Positions 1 through 10,196 of a DNA stretch of 25,000 bases are shown in pieces (the stretch's first letter is position 1; every line of letters begins with the position of its first letter). The notes below the pieces were generated by a model, which saw only the letters and a list, made by a program, of their open reading frames with translations, was not told where the DNA came from and did not search any database. Made by a program: the position numbers and the translations under genes. The stretch is from Takakia lepidozioides (Eukaryota > Plantae > Bryophyta), in assembly GCA_030704615.1 (NCBI GenBank), contig JAKLZA010000216.1, positions 1 through 25,000 of the forward strand, in the 5' to 3' direction.

Positions 1-482
1 ATTGACAATTGTGAAATGATATGTGATATGATACTTGCGATTTTGTAATCTATTTTTATATTTGATTTTTATATTTTCTTTTTAAAAATTTAAAGGGAAA
101 CGATCTGGTTCTAAAGTCTTCATGTGCATTCAAAGGGAAGAATATGAATATAGAACTTAATACGATCACAAGAAGAAGAAAAAATGGTTGTTTATTGTTG
201 GGTTGCAATGTAATAACAAAGGAGATACTTAGTGTTTGGTTTTCTATGATCTCCACCATAAGTCTAACCTTGAAGCTCATAGCTAGATGATGTTGGGTCT
301 ATTTTGCAACTATTTATGTTTGTTTTGAATCCACATTCTTGGAGCTAGCCTGATATTTGTAGCTAAACAATACGATATATGCTTTATTTTATTCTTCATT
401 CAAGGAGAAATATGAACATGATTTTCTCTATAACATAATATGTGAACTTACACATTATACATGTTGTGGATGGCTCATATGC

Positions 483-675
483 TAGTACCTTGGCAACTTC
501 GACACACATTTTAATATTTCAAAGATTGTTGAAATTTTTGGAAATTAATTTTGTGAAATTAGGAACTTTGTGAATGATAGTAAAGCATATTTAGGAATAT
601 TTTATATGTTGAAATAAAATTCTAAAAATAAAATAAATATTTCGACATATGATTGTTGATCTTGCCAAGGTACTA
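483..675. mobile_element. MITE-like element with perfect 14-bp terminal inverted repeats
   Basis: TAGTACCTTGGCAA (483-496) is the exact reverse complement of TTGCCAAGGTACTA (662-675). The interior is AT-rich and non-coding. The outermost TA could be a Tc1/mariner (Stowaway)-type TSD. Confidence 0.6.
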
Positions 676-844
676 CGGTAACAATTACAACATTTGTTTA
701 TGATGTAGGTTTGTGTGAGGAACCGAAATGAATAACTAATCTTAATGCATGTACAACTTGCAAGAATAAGTCTCTTTACTTATTTGGCTTTTGTCTCAAA
801 TACATGGTCATGTTTTTATTCTTTTTTTTCAAGCTCTATCCGGA

Positions 845-1580
845 TGGGTTGGGTGGTTGGAGGCACGGCAAAAGCTCCGAGTCCAACTGCTTCAGAGCAT
901 GTGAAGTCGATCATTGTACAAGATAAGCCGAACTAAAAATTATCTACATGTGATATAACGGAGCACTCAAATCATCACCATCGATTACAAACGTTGGTCA
1001 TGGTCTGCCAACACTTTGATCCAAAATATGTAGAGAGCAATTGAAATACCAATCGCCACATGAAGCCTATGAAAATGTTAAGCCACAATTCGGCAGATGT
1101 TGCATACAGAGAATCACACGTAGATTGAGGTAAGAGAAGATTGAAGCAGCAGGAGATTGAAGCAAGAGAACCCAGAAGATGCCCCACTTTACACATATAA
1201 CATCTATCAGTACGACTTTGCTTCCCAATGTGTGTTGGAAAGATCTAGCAAGTGGGATCTTCAAGATGAAAAGAGTTTTTAATGATAGGAAACTAGAAGC
1301 GATTGATGATCTTAAGCTGGGAAAGAAGTTGGACAAGAAGGTATTTGAGGAACTAGGTGATTTAGAGAGATATCAAGATGGGGATTATTGCCAACCGAAG
1401 AGTAAAAACCTGCAGAGTGTGGATGTTGTGATTCTCCCCGACATTCTTCCCCAGTTTTTTCATTACACCCACGGAAATCATGGATACAAAATTAGAGGTC
1501 TATAGGATTTGGATGATGTGTTAAAAAAGCCAAGATACCGCTTATTTCCTCTGTCCTTGAGGATACCTATGACTCTACTG
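845..1580 (+). pseudogene. Crinkler/RHS-like (CR) protein remnant: end of NTPase domain plus C-terminal restriction-endonuclease-like domain
   Basis: Translation across shifting frames gives YDFASQCVLE, LASGIFKMK, YCQPKSKNLQSVDVVILPD...HGYKIRGL, then KPRYRLF...EDTYDS. This follows the CR NTPase+REase pattern as I recall it (FASxYV; YxxPxxKNFxSxD; HxIKxxGL; YRLYFVVP). There are multiple stops and frameshifts, and the 5' boundary is approximate. Confidence 0.55.
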
Positions 1581-2118
1581 GTTTTATGAACTTCTTGGAT
1601 GCAAAGGGCAAGCAGGTAAGTAGAGGATACAAGGAGAAGCTGCAGGAAAAGATACTGTACTTTTGTAAAAATAGCTATAACAGGGCTGCAACTTTTTGAC
1701 ACGCCCTATTGTATCTTTGTACAAATGAAAACAAGGGGTCTGAGCTTGGTGCATACCTGAAAGAGAGGGTACAAAGAATGCATTCATCATTAAAGTGTAG
1801 AGAAAAATAGCTACTTCATAGCTGCTCTGCAATCCCAAATCTCACAGGTTCTCTCAGCTCGAATGAATCAGGCTTAAAACAAGTGAGGGCAGACACCGAA
1901 AGATCCTCATCAAGACTCTCTTGGAAGTTGAAATGTTATGCTAAGTCTCCTGACTCTGACTCAACAATGAAACGTAACAGGTAGGCCATAAAGGTAGCAC
2001 ATACTTTCTATGTAAAACGAAAATCCTACCTATACAAGACCATCATGGATGAAGGAACTCAATTCTTCGTATCAATACGAAGCAGATGGTTTGAGGCTAG
2101 GATTTCTAAGCAGCAATC

Positions 2119-2310
2119 CTAAAGCTCGATTAGCTTTGGTGCCAAACCAGAGATTTTAGAAGTTTTGATTAAGTGTCCAATCCCCCAAATATCAACAGAG
2201 GAATCATGTCCTCCTGTACATGTCTCTGACGCATGACTTTCAGGACACATACTCCGGTGCGCCTCTGATTGCGGTGAAATACAAACTTCATCGAAATCCA
2301 AAAGAAACAA
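2119..2310 (-). pseudogene. Protein-kinase-like C-lobe fragment resembling Crinkler-type kinases
   Basis: FLLDFDE (DFG-equivalent), ESHASE (HAPE-equivalent) and HDSSVDIWGIGHLI (subdomain IX DIWxxG) occur in the correct order. No N-lobe or catalytic loop is recognisable. Confidence 0.55.
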
Positions 2311-4319
2311 AAAATGGCGAAGTCAAGCGCGTACATGGCAACGGAATGGATATTCTGAATATGCCATCACATGCACCCACATTGTCATGCAAGAGAGTGA
2401 GGTTTTCGTCAATCATAATTTTCTTTAGATGATCCATTTGCGTCAAATGGATGATCTCTGAGATCACATGCAGTATGTAGTTGGGTCAATGTGCTGACCC
2501 CATCATAGATTCCATCTTGGGTTTCTCCAGCATATATGTCAAATCATCCTACAATTACTCCTCAGTGAGCCAATGACCCTTCAAGCAATAATCATATGCT
2601 TTCACATGACGCATGAGGGATTGGAGCTTATAATTGTCATTTGTTGAATCCATGTCAGTGCGGTCTAGTATTATTTCAGAGTCTATTCATATTCACTCTA
2701 CATGTCTTTCTCGCCTCATTGAACTTTTCATACAAGCCATTTAACAGACTAACCATAATGCTAGCACAAGTGTTATAAACATAAACATCATTTTGACGTC
2801 ATCATGATACAAGTTTTGGTTAGATTGATCTTACTTACATTGTGATCATCTATCTCATCATGATCTTCCATTTCAATTGACTATGTAAAACTTTATAGGC
2901 ACAACTTAAAGCAATACTTCGTGACATATGCGATGGGACAATTTTTCTTTTATATTGATCTATAAGTTTATTGTCTTCATATTGTGTTCTTTTGCTTTCA
3001 TCTTGTCCACGTCATGATGATATTACAATATTGACAATGATTCCCAATACATTGATTTTTCTATGATATTGATTATGCAAGGATCAACCCCTATATAAAA
3101 ATAATATTGACTTACAAAACGTCGATCAACCTTTGATATTGATAACCATTCGGCACAAATGTTTCTCTTATGATATATTTGATCTCTACCCTCTTAGTGA
3201 TCAAAATCTGTTGAAACGCTAAAAAGTTGGATTTATTTAGATTACATCCAACAACTATAGAGCAGAACCCTTGCTAACTTATAGTTCATTTCCTCCTAAT
3301 CATGTTAGCATCTCCTATTCCATTTTCTGTTTTATTTGACAATGTGGTGTTGTTGTTTTGCTCAGTGAGGTTGTCGTTCTTTACATGGTTTGCAAGGAAG
3401 CATACCGGTCAATTTTAATATTTTTTTCTAGGATATGTTCGAATTGCCAACTTCACATTCGATAAAGCAGTATCATGCAACTGTTGGTGGAGCTATGTTA
3501 CCTCGAAGAACAACCTCTCTTTGAGTTCGTATTGTTGCTTTGGTCAAAGCACTTAGAGAGTCCCAATTGGATAACGTTGACCGGCTATTTTCTATCATTG
3601 TCTTGTTTTAATTTATGGCTGATATCGCTCTCATTATATGAAGCTTGTATGTCAAGAAGATACCTTAGTGTGGATTGAAAAATACAAAATAACAAAGTGC
3701 AAAGAAACAAAACATCAGTTCTCATATCCTTTCTTTTGCTCCTACTAGATTGCATGCCATCTATCTTCTTTTTTCTTTTGATAATGTTGACTCAAAAAAA
3801 TATTTTTTGATAAAACAATTTGGCAACAATAGAAGAAAGTAGGATCTCATACCATGTTCTGTTATTGCAATCACATTCAGAACAGCAAATACAAGATCGC
3901 ACGCTGCTCCAACTCGAGCAAAAATAGCCAAAAAACATGGTATCATGAAAAGACGTTGATCAAATAATAGCCCAATGTTTGAAAATCAACGCGTTCTTTC
4001 ACCTCTCTGGCAGCTTGTCTTGCGAGACAACGAGATGATGTGCGGGAGATCAATGAGGGTTAGAGACCCAACCGCACGGGACCGCGCCGAATGTATGGCC
4101 ATGGGGCTGATTTGACGGTATGGGGCGGCCATGATGGGGCTGATTTGACAGGGGGCTTGCTATTCCCGGCCTGCCTGCCCGCAAGTACGGCGCTGTCAGA
4201 ATGCATTCAACTGACTTTTTATCGTGGGTGGCACGGGGATAGATGGATGAATCACAGAATCATGGATGCAATTCGTCGGGTGTGAGGGTGAGAGCTGTGG
4301 GCGTTGGAGGCCATGGGCC

Positions 4320-4327
4320 TTATATAG
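4320..4327 (+). promoter_or_regulatory. Possible TATA box upstream of the F-box gene
   Basis: TTATATAG lies in a GC-rich segment about 400 bp upstream of the likely ATG at 4723. Support is positional only. Confidence 0.25.
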
Positions 4328-4722
4328 CTGGAACGCTCTGCGGTCCTGCTGCATATGTTCCTCTCCATCGCTGGCCCTCGCTCGATCAATCTCGGCCTCG
4401 CGCATTGCGCTCTAGGAACAGATCTTTACTGTATTCGCAGGAGGTGGAGAAGAAGGTTGTAGTTGTTTTCTGGTGCTGGTTCATCGTAAGCTGTGAGCAA
4501 CAAGCAAGGCTATACTCCGGGTCATTGTCTTTCTATCGTCGCAGGTCCTAGGGTTGGCTGGCCCCAATCGTCATCTGTGTCCAGTACTCATCTTTCTGGG
4601 ATCGGGGAGGTTTATGAAGAAAGTCTATGTGTTTGTGACGGAATTCCCATCTGGTCGATCTGGGTAGCAGAGTAGGTTTGAACCTGATTCTAAACAAAGA
4701 AGATAGATTGGGTAAGGATTCT

Positions 4723-5861
4723 ATGGCGCTTCGGCGAGAAGTAGGAAGAAGAGATGGAAGAACCTTAAGTGATGACCTCGTGTATGAAATTTTGAGGCGG
4801 CTTGATGCCGTGACTCTGGCCACAGCAAACTGTGTAAGCTCTGGATTTCGTCATTTGTTTGGGGATGAGGCTTTGTGGGAAAGGATGTGTACGTCGCGGT
4901 GGCCCTCGACCAAGGACCCGCATGTCAAGTCCATCGTCTCGTCGATGGGAGGGTTCCGCAAGTTTTACGCATCCTGCTACCCCCTTATCGTCAGCAAGGA
5001 GGCCGTTGCGAAGGAGGAGTTTGGTCTGAAGGGTGTTGGTGAGACTTGGTGGGACTGCGACGACGGAGTCGATGAAGAGCCCTCCGATCTTTCTGCATCC
5101 CATTTCATCTCCATTGTCGATGTGGTCTACAAAGGAGAATCTGTACTCTCAAGAACTGTTTTAGGTATTCCTGGAGCGGACGATTTTCTTGGCTGGTTTT
5201 CGAATTGTCCTTTCAGAGTGGATCTACTTAAGTCTCCCGAGGAAGATGATGGAGACCAGCAGGAGCACGAAGGGTGGACAGTTATGGCGGACCTGCCTGC
5301 CATCACATCTGTGGAGAAGGAGAGGAAGGACGGGAAGTTTTGGAAAGCGCTATGGGACAACCAGAGAGTCAGCTGGATTTTGATCAATAAGAAGACCAAA
5401 CAAATGGCTAATCTTGCGAGTTGGCGGCCACTCGTAGGGCAGCGACATGGGCCTTGTGACAAAGACTTTCTGCTTCGTTTTGGATCCATTCTTCTCGGGA
5501 ATGAAAAGATACTTCGCTGGTGGCATAACCAGTGCAATATTGTCATGAATGCAGGGTTTCTAACAATGGGGTTGGGGACGCGGTGGAGACAACCCTGCGT
5601 TTAACGGAACTCAGCATGCAGTTAGAAGATATGGAGTGTACGCATTTGAATGGGAGGGATAGTCTCCTAACACTTTCCAGGGCCTTGACTTGCGATAAAA
5701 GCAAAGACCACGCAGAAGTTCTGGACTCTTACCACCAGTATCTGAAAGTGCAAAGCGTGATGAAGGAGGAGAGGATCCGACAAGAAGGTCGCCCCTGACA
5801 CACCGCCGCAGTTGTTAGTGGCATCGGTGCCTTCCTTTGCCTTTGCTACGTGATTCTTTAG
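4723..5861 (+). pseudogene. Plant F-box protein (At2g27310/At1g60180/At2g36090-like) with one frameshift and one premature stop
   Basis: F-box motif LSDDLVYEILRRLDAVTLATANCVSSGFRHLFGDEALWERMCTSRWPST, plus family motifs FISIVDVVYKG, F-x-x-x-PFRVDLL, VSWILI and ELSMQLEDMECTHLNGRDSL. An apparent 1-nt loss at ~5548-5550 (ATG AA TGC AGG, i.e. MKCR) joins ORF 4678-5604 to ORF 5532-5798. The TGA at 5796-5798 is followed in frame by a hydrophobic tail TAAVVSGIGAFLCLCYVIL ending at TAG 5859-5861. No introns in the CDS. Confidence 0.85.
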
Positions 5862-6232
5862 TTTGTAGCAGCGTTCTATTGATTCGGACTTCTCTGAATG
5901 GAGAGTGATGCGGGCAAGTACGACATGTATATTAAGCGCTTGCTAGTTTGTACATATGAGCTGGATCTTGGTACAGTTTGTGCCCTTGCTTTGAGGCCTT
6001 CTGTCCAATACCTTCAGAGTACTTGCCAGAGGGATGGGACCATTTAAGGGATGTCCCCATGAGATGTTAACACACAACACTGCAATTTTCTTTGACAGGT
6101 GCTGAGTGCCTCAGCAAAAGGATGCCATTATTGGTAGCCATTTTGGGGGCTTATTTGTGTGTGTATGGATGTGATTGGTGTACCTCTGTATCTGCTAATG
6201 ATCTCCTTAATCTTTGCATTTTTTGTCTATAG

Positions 6233-8268
6233 ATGGTATTGTTCTTGCACTGTTTGGAGGTGTACAAAGGCATAACAACGAGATGCCTGTCAGAGGTGAT
6301 ATCCATGTGATCGTTGTTGGTATGTACTTTCTTGGTCGTCTTGTATAAGGTTGACGAAGATGCTGTGACTCGCAGCTTAATGGTTCTTAATATTTGACAT
6401 GGTGCTAAATCAGTACTCAAGAGTCTTAACATCCAACATTGAATATTTAACCCTCACTCTTGCAATCTCCAGTGAAGACAGTTTGCGGTCTACTTTTGCT
6501 GTCAACCTCAGGGTGTTATCAGCCAAAACAGTGTGGAAAGCTCAGAGGAACTTGGACCAAGTTACAATCGAAATGAGTCTGAAGATCAAACGTTAGTCGC
6601 GAGTCCTAGCAAATATATATATTCTATATATTTTTTATTGCCGGCAAAAAATAATACAGATATATTTATATTTCTTGTTACGCCCTCAAGCCCTCCACAG
6701 AACCCAGCGAGCCCCTCTCGAAGCAAAAAAAAAAAATGATATATACCCAACCCAGTCCTCTCGTACTAGGGTTGACTTCTAGTGCTATCTGATGCAAAAA
6801 GCAGTCCTGAGTGTTTGTAGGGGATCCTGGACTTGGAAAGAGTCAGCTCCTACAAGCTGCTGTAGTGGGCACCATGTGGCATTTATGTGTGTAGAACACT
6901 AGCAGCAGTGCTGGGCTCACTGTGGCAGTCATTCAAGGATGTCCTAAGTGGAGGTTATGTATATGAACAGGTGCTGTTCTCATGTCTCTTGAATGGGCTT
7001 GGAGGAAGTGTTGCTCACTTGCTCTCCACATCTGTACTCCCCTCAATTCCTGCTCTTGCTTTCTGGTTTTTTCGATACCGCCATCAACACAGCCTGACTG
7101 CTCACCTGATGCACTCGTGCCTGGTGTTTAAGAAATACAGCTTACCTAGTCAAATTGGTACTTTCTGCTGAAGTACCATTGCAGGAGCCATGGTACTTGC
7201 TGATACAGGAATATGCTGTATGGACGAGTTTGATAGAGTGTCTTGTGTCTTCCGAGCATTGGGTAATGGCCCCAACCTGAAACATGCATTCTTTTTGCAA
7301 ACAACGTCTTTTTGCTTGGTAGCTGACAAACTAGGTGCATGTTCTAGCCTCAATACGATTTCTCAATGCTGAAATTGGGCCTTGGGCCCAAGCAATACCA
7401 GATTTCTTCTAGATTCATGCATCAGTAATATTGCCAGCAGCATCCTGGAAATTTTTTTAGGAATGCAAATTTGTGAATCTTATTGCTTGATATGGCTTCC
7501 AGGCACCCCTGGAGGCCATGGAGCAGCAATGGGTCTCACTGGCAAAGGGTGGGCTTGTTGCCTGGTTGTGCAAATCCCGTTGGTGGTCATTACAAGTTCA
7601 TCTGTCTCCCTCATTGTTTAATGCTTTGGAAGTTTGTTTTCACATTGTGGCCCATGGGCACTGAGGCTATTTTGTCGCGGTTTGATCTTATCTTCATCTT
7701 GCTGGACAAGCCTGACAAGGTTTTGGATCAACGGCTGACAGATTATATTATAGTGGTATGGACTTTCCCATTTTTTGTGCATGTGTCCCTGCTCTGGAGC
7801 CCATCATCCAGCATAACATATTTGATCGGAATAATAAGGGTTAATTTACACTCGATTCAATTTTCATGGTGGTAGTACCTTCCACCCTGTATAGTGAGAG
7901 TGTGACATCTCACCTCATTATCATTGTGACAAATTTGTACAAGATTGCTAATGTTTTGGTTGTTGCAGCTCCATGCAGGCTCAACAGTTCACCATTATAC
8001 GAAAAAATCCTACTTTTTTAAACGTTGCATAAGAGATCACGGGGCCATCATGCCTTCAAGTTCTTCTTTGACTCTTACATACAATATCCTTGCGTTGGTT
8101 GCAGTCCTGTTCGAAGTAATGGGAGGTCCACAAAAGACGACAGAGAAGGATGCTCTAATTGCATGACAGCTCAAATTGGACTCAAATCAAGGACAAGGAC
8201 AAGGAACCACTTCCTGCCCAACTTCTGTGTACATATTTTGCATATTCTAAGCAGTATGTTTTCCCAAG
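6233..8268 (+). pseudogene. MCM8: MCM8 DNA helicase gene fragment (AAA+ core only), intron-containing and degraded
   Basis: Exons: 6233-6319 [23 protein letters not shown]; 6821-6970 DPGLGKSQLLQAA..GIYVC..SAGLTVAV..YE (Walker A, frameshifted); ~7185-7237 AMVLADTGICCMDEFD (Walker B); ~7503-7596 LEAMEQQWVSLAK..ANPVGGHY; ~7667-7755 AILSRFDLIFILLDKPD (arginine finger); ~7970 LHAG; ~8170-8268 [42 protein letters not shown] and ANPVGGHY point to MCM8 rather than MCM2-7. The last donor reads ATAAG instead of GTAAG. Confidence 0.88.
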
Positions 8269-8942
8269 ATAAGAGTTTCTCATACTTGTGACCCCTAAAG
8301 CTCGGCCTAAAAAACTCCCATGCTTGGTCATGTGTAGCCCTTCAACATCACCAATGGAACTATTGTCTGTCACCCCACATTCAAAAAATCTCATTTAACT
8401 GGTATCTTCTGACTCTTTTTTTGCCGAAAGCATTGCATGGACTCCTATCACTGGTGTGCCAGATACAATCTAACATGCTTGAGGCTTTCGAGGGACGTTG
8501 TAGGGATAATGAAGGAGTCCCTGTTTGATAAGCTGGTAGATGAGAATATTTGTGTGGACCTTGGGCGAAGTGGAGGGATAAACCAGCAGAAAAGGCAAAA
8601 CTAGCCGTAAGGTGAAGGCGCTCTTAGTCACGCCGGTTGCCGCCAGCGTCTTCTCTGTCTCTATCCCATAGTCTTACGCATTACTACGTAGAAACAAATT
8701 CCCAGTACGGACTATGTGGAGTGCAGTTTGCTCCACCTCATAGCATCCAAGTGAAATACATTTACAATGATTCTGCAAACCAGTGCAACTTCCAACTGAG
8801 ACGCCCATTTTAGAGTTTTCAACAGTCTAGCTTGAATTTCAAAATATGTGGGGGATATCATACCATAATGTGATATCATCTTTATGTTTTGCTGAGAGTT
8901 GATGCACTGGAATGACATTCTTAAGGTTGAGGTTAGTGTTAC

Positions 8943-9640
8943 GTTTGCAGAGCAGTTGCCCTCAAATAATCATACTGATTCAATCAACATGCCTTTTGTC
9001 GACTTTGGCAATAAAGATAGTGAGTGTGTCCCAGCGGGGCCCATGCTGGTAGTTTGTGAACAAGGCCATAAGGGAGCGTTGTGTCACCCAGTGAGCCTTC
9101 GAGCGTTCCCAGCGGCAGTCAGAGCCTTCTATGAGATTCATGAGATGTCAGCTCCATCGACATCATAGATGACCAGTCCAATTTTAACACGAGGTATGTT
9201 AGCTTCCATGTTCACTACTGTAGTCACTTTGTTCAGGTCCAAATTGGACGTAATGGAGTGTCAACCGAGGACCCATCATCTCGCATCCATCATCTATGTG
9301 AAGTGAAGACTCTCAATGATGGTGAATTATATAGAACGTCGTTTTAGGTCTTTGTTCACAATAAGCACCTACACGAGGGTTAGATTTATAGGACTATCAT
9401 ATGCAGGAGGCCCAAGGACGGAGGGAGAGAGACAGGTGACTGATGGTGAGTGATAATGATCCAGGTGAGCTATAGGGGCACATCGGTTTGAGTTTGAGCC
9501 TCTTTCAACTGGCGAAGGCCCAGCTCCTCCCACACTTTATTCCACTTGTATCAATTCGTGGCCAGCTCTCGATCGCTGGCAAAGCCTTCAACAAGAACCT
9601 CCTTGCTCCAACTCAGGTACCCTCTTTCTCCAGAACTTCC
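8943..9640 (-). pseudogene. Unidentified degraded protein-coding remnant
   Basis: The minus strand reads as protein-like stretches interrupted by stops: YLSWSKEVLVEGFASDRELA*YKWNKVWEELGLRQLKEAQ; after an AG acceptor at 9370-9369, VLIVNKDLKRRSI*FTIIESLHF..SITSNLDLNKVTTVVNMEANIPRVKIGLVIYDVDG; and LNQYDYLRATALQ before a GT donor at 8942. I do not recognise the family. Confidence 0.35.
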
Positions 9641-9869
9641 TGGTCAGCTGTCATTTTACTTGAGGAGAGATACTGTTCCTTCTACACTTGGCTATGATGT
9701 AACTTCAGCCATGGTTATGCAGGATACTACCAAAGCTAATCTGGGATTGCTCATTGCAGGACTCAGAAGTGACAGGAAAGCCACAGGTTGTTACAAGTGG
9801 AAAGAAAGTGGGGGAAGAGCTGGGCCTTCGCCGGTTGAAAGAGGCTCAAACTTCAAACGATGTGCCCCT
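9474..9869. repeat. ~77-bp imperfect inverted repeat (arms 9474-9550 and 9792-9869)
   Basis: AGGGGCACATCGGTTTGAGTTTGAGCCTCTTTCAACTGGCGAAGGCCCAGCTC...CCACTTGTA matches the reverse complement of TACAAGTGG...GAGCTGGGCCTTCGCCGGTTGAAAGAGGCTCAAACTTCAAACGATGTGCCCCT with few mismatches. The loop is about 240 bp. Confidence 0.9.
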
Positions 9870-10196
9870 TGCCCAGCTCTTGATCGCCGCCAAAGTCATC
9901 CGAAGGCAAAGCCTCCTTGCTTCTTGCTTGTCCCCTGTCATGAATCCCATCAGAAATTTTATCAGAATTATAAAGGATTAGGACAGGGAGCATTCCAACG
10001 CTGCTCTTCAAGTTTTTCAATGGAGGCCGGCGCTGCAAGGTTAGTGCAAACTAGATCCACTGTATACAACAGTGGTTGATACACTAGGCAGTTCAGGGTG
10101 AATGGAGTTGGCAGAGAAAACATTCGTAGCACACACGCATGGATGAGAATACGAGGGAATATATGTTTGTCTTCCCTTTCTCGCAGAAGCGCAGCG

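Noticed and set aside
4107-4149. Short direct repeat ATGGGGCTGATTTGAC x2 upstream of the F-box gene
   Set aside because: Real, but only two copies with no evidence of function; treated as an ordinary local duplication.
4548-5546. Minus-strand ORFs 4548-4823, 4765-5103 and 5127-5546
   Set aside because: Antisense shadows of the F-box coding sequence with no independent motifs.
6501-6776. Possible TIR element in an MCM8 intron (GTCAACC...GGTTGAC)
   Set aside because: Only a 7-bp inverted match with no clear TSD; compatible with chance.
9546-10079. 177-aa plus-strand ORF
   Set aside because: No recognisable domain. It overlaps the inverted/direct repeat rearrangement, and the more protein-like reading is on the opposite strand.
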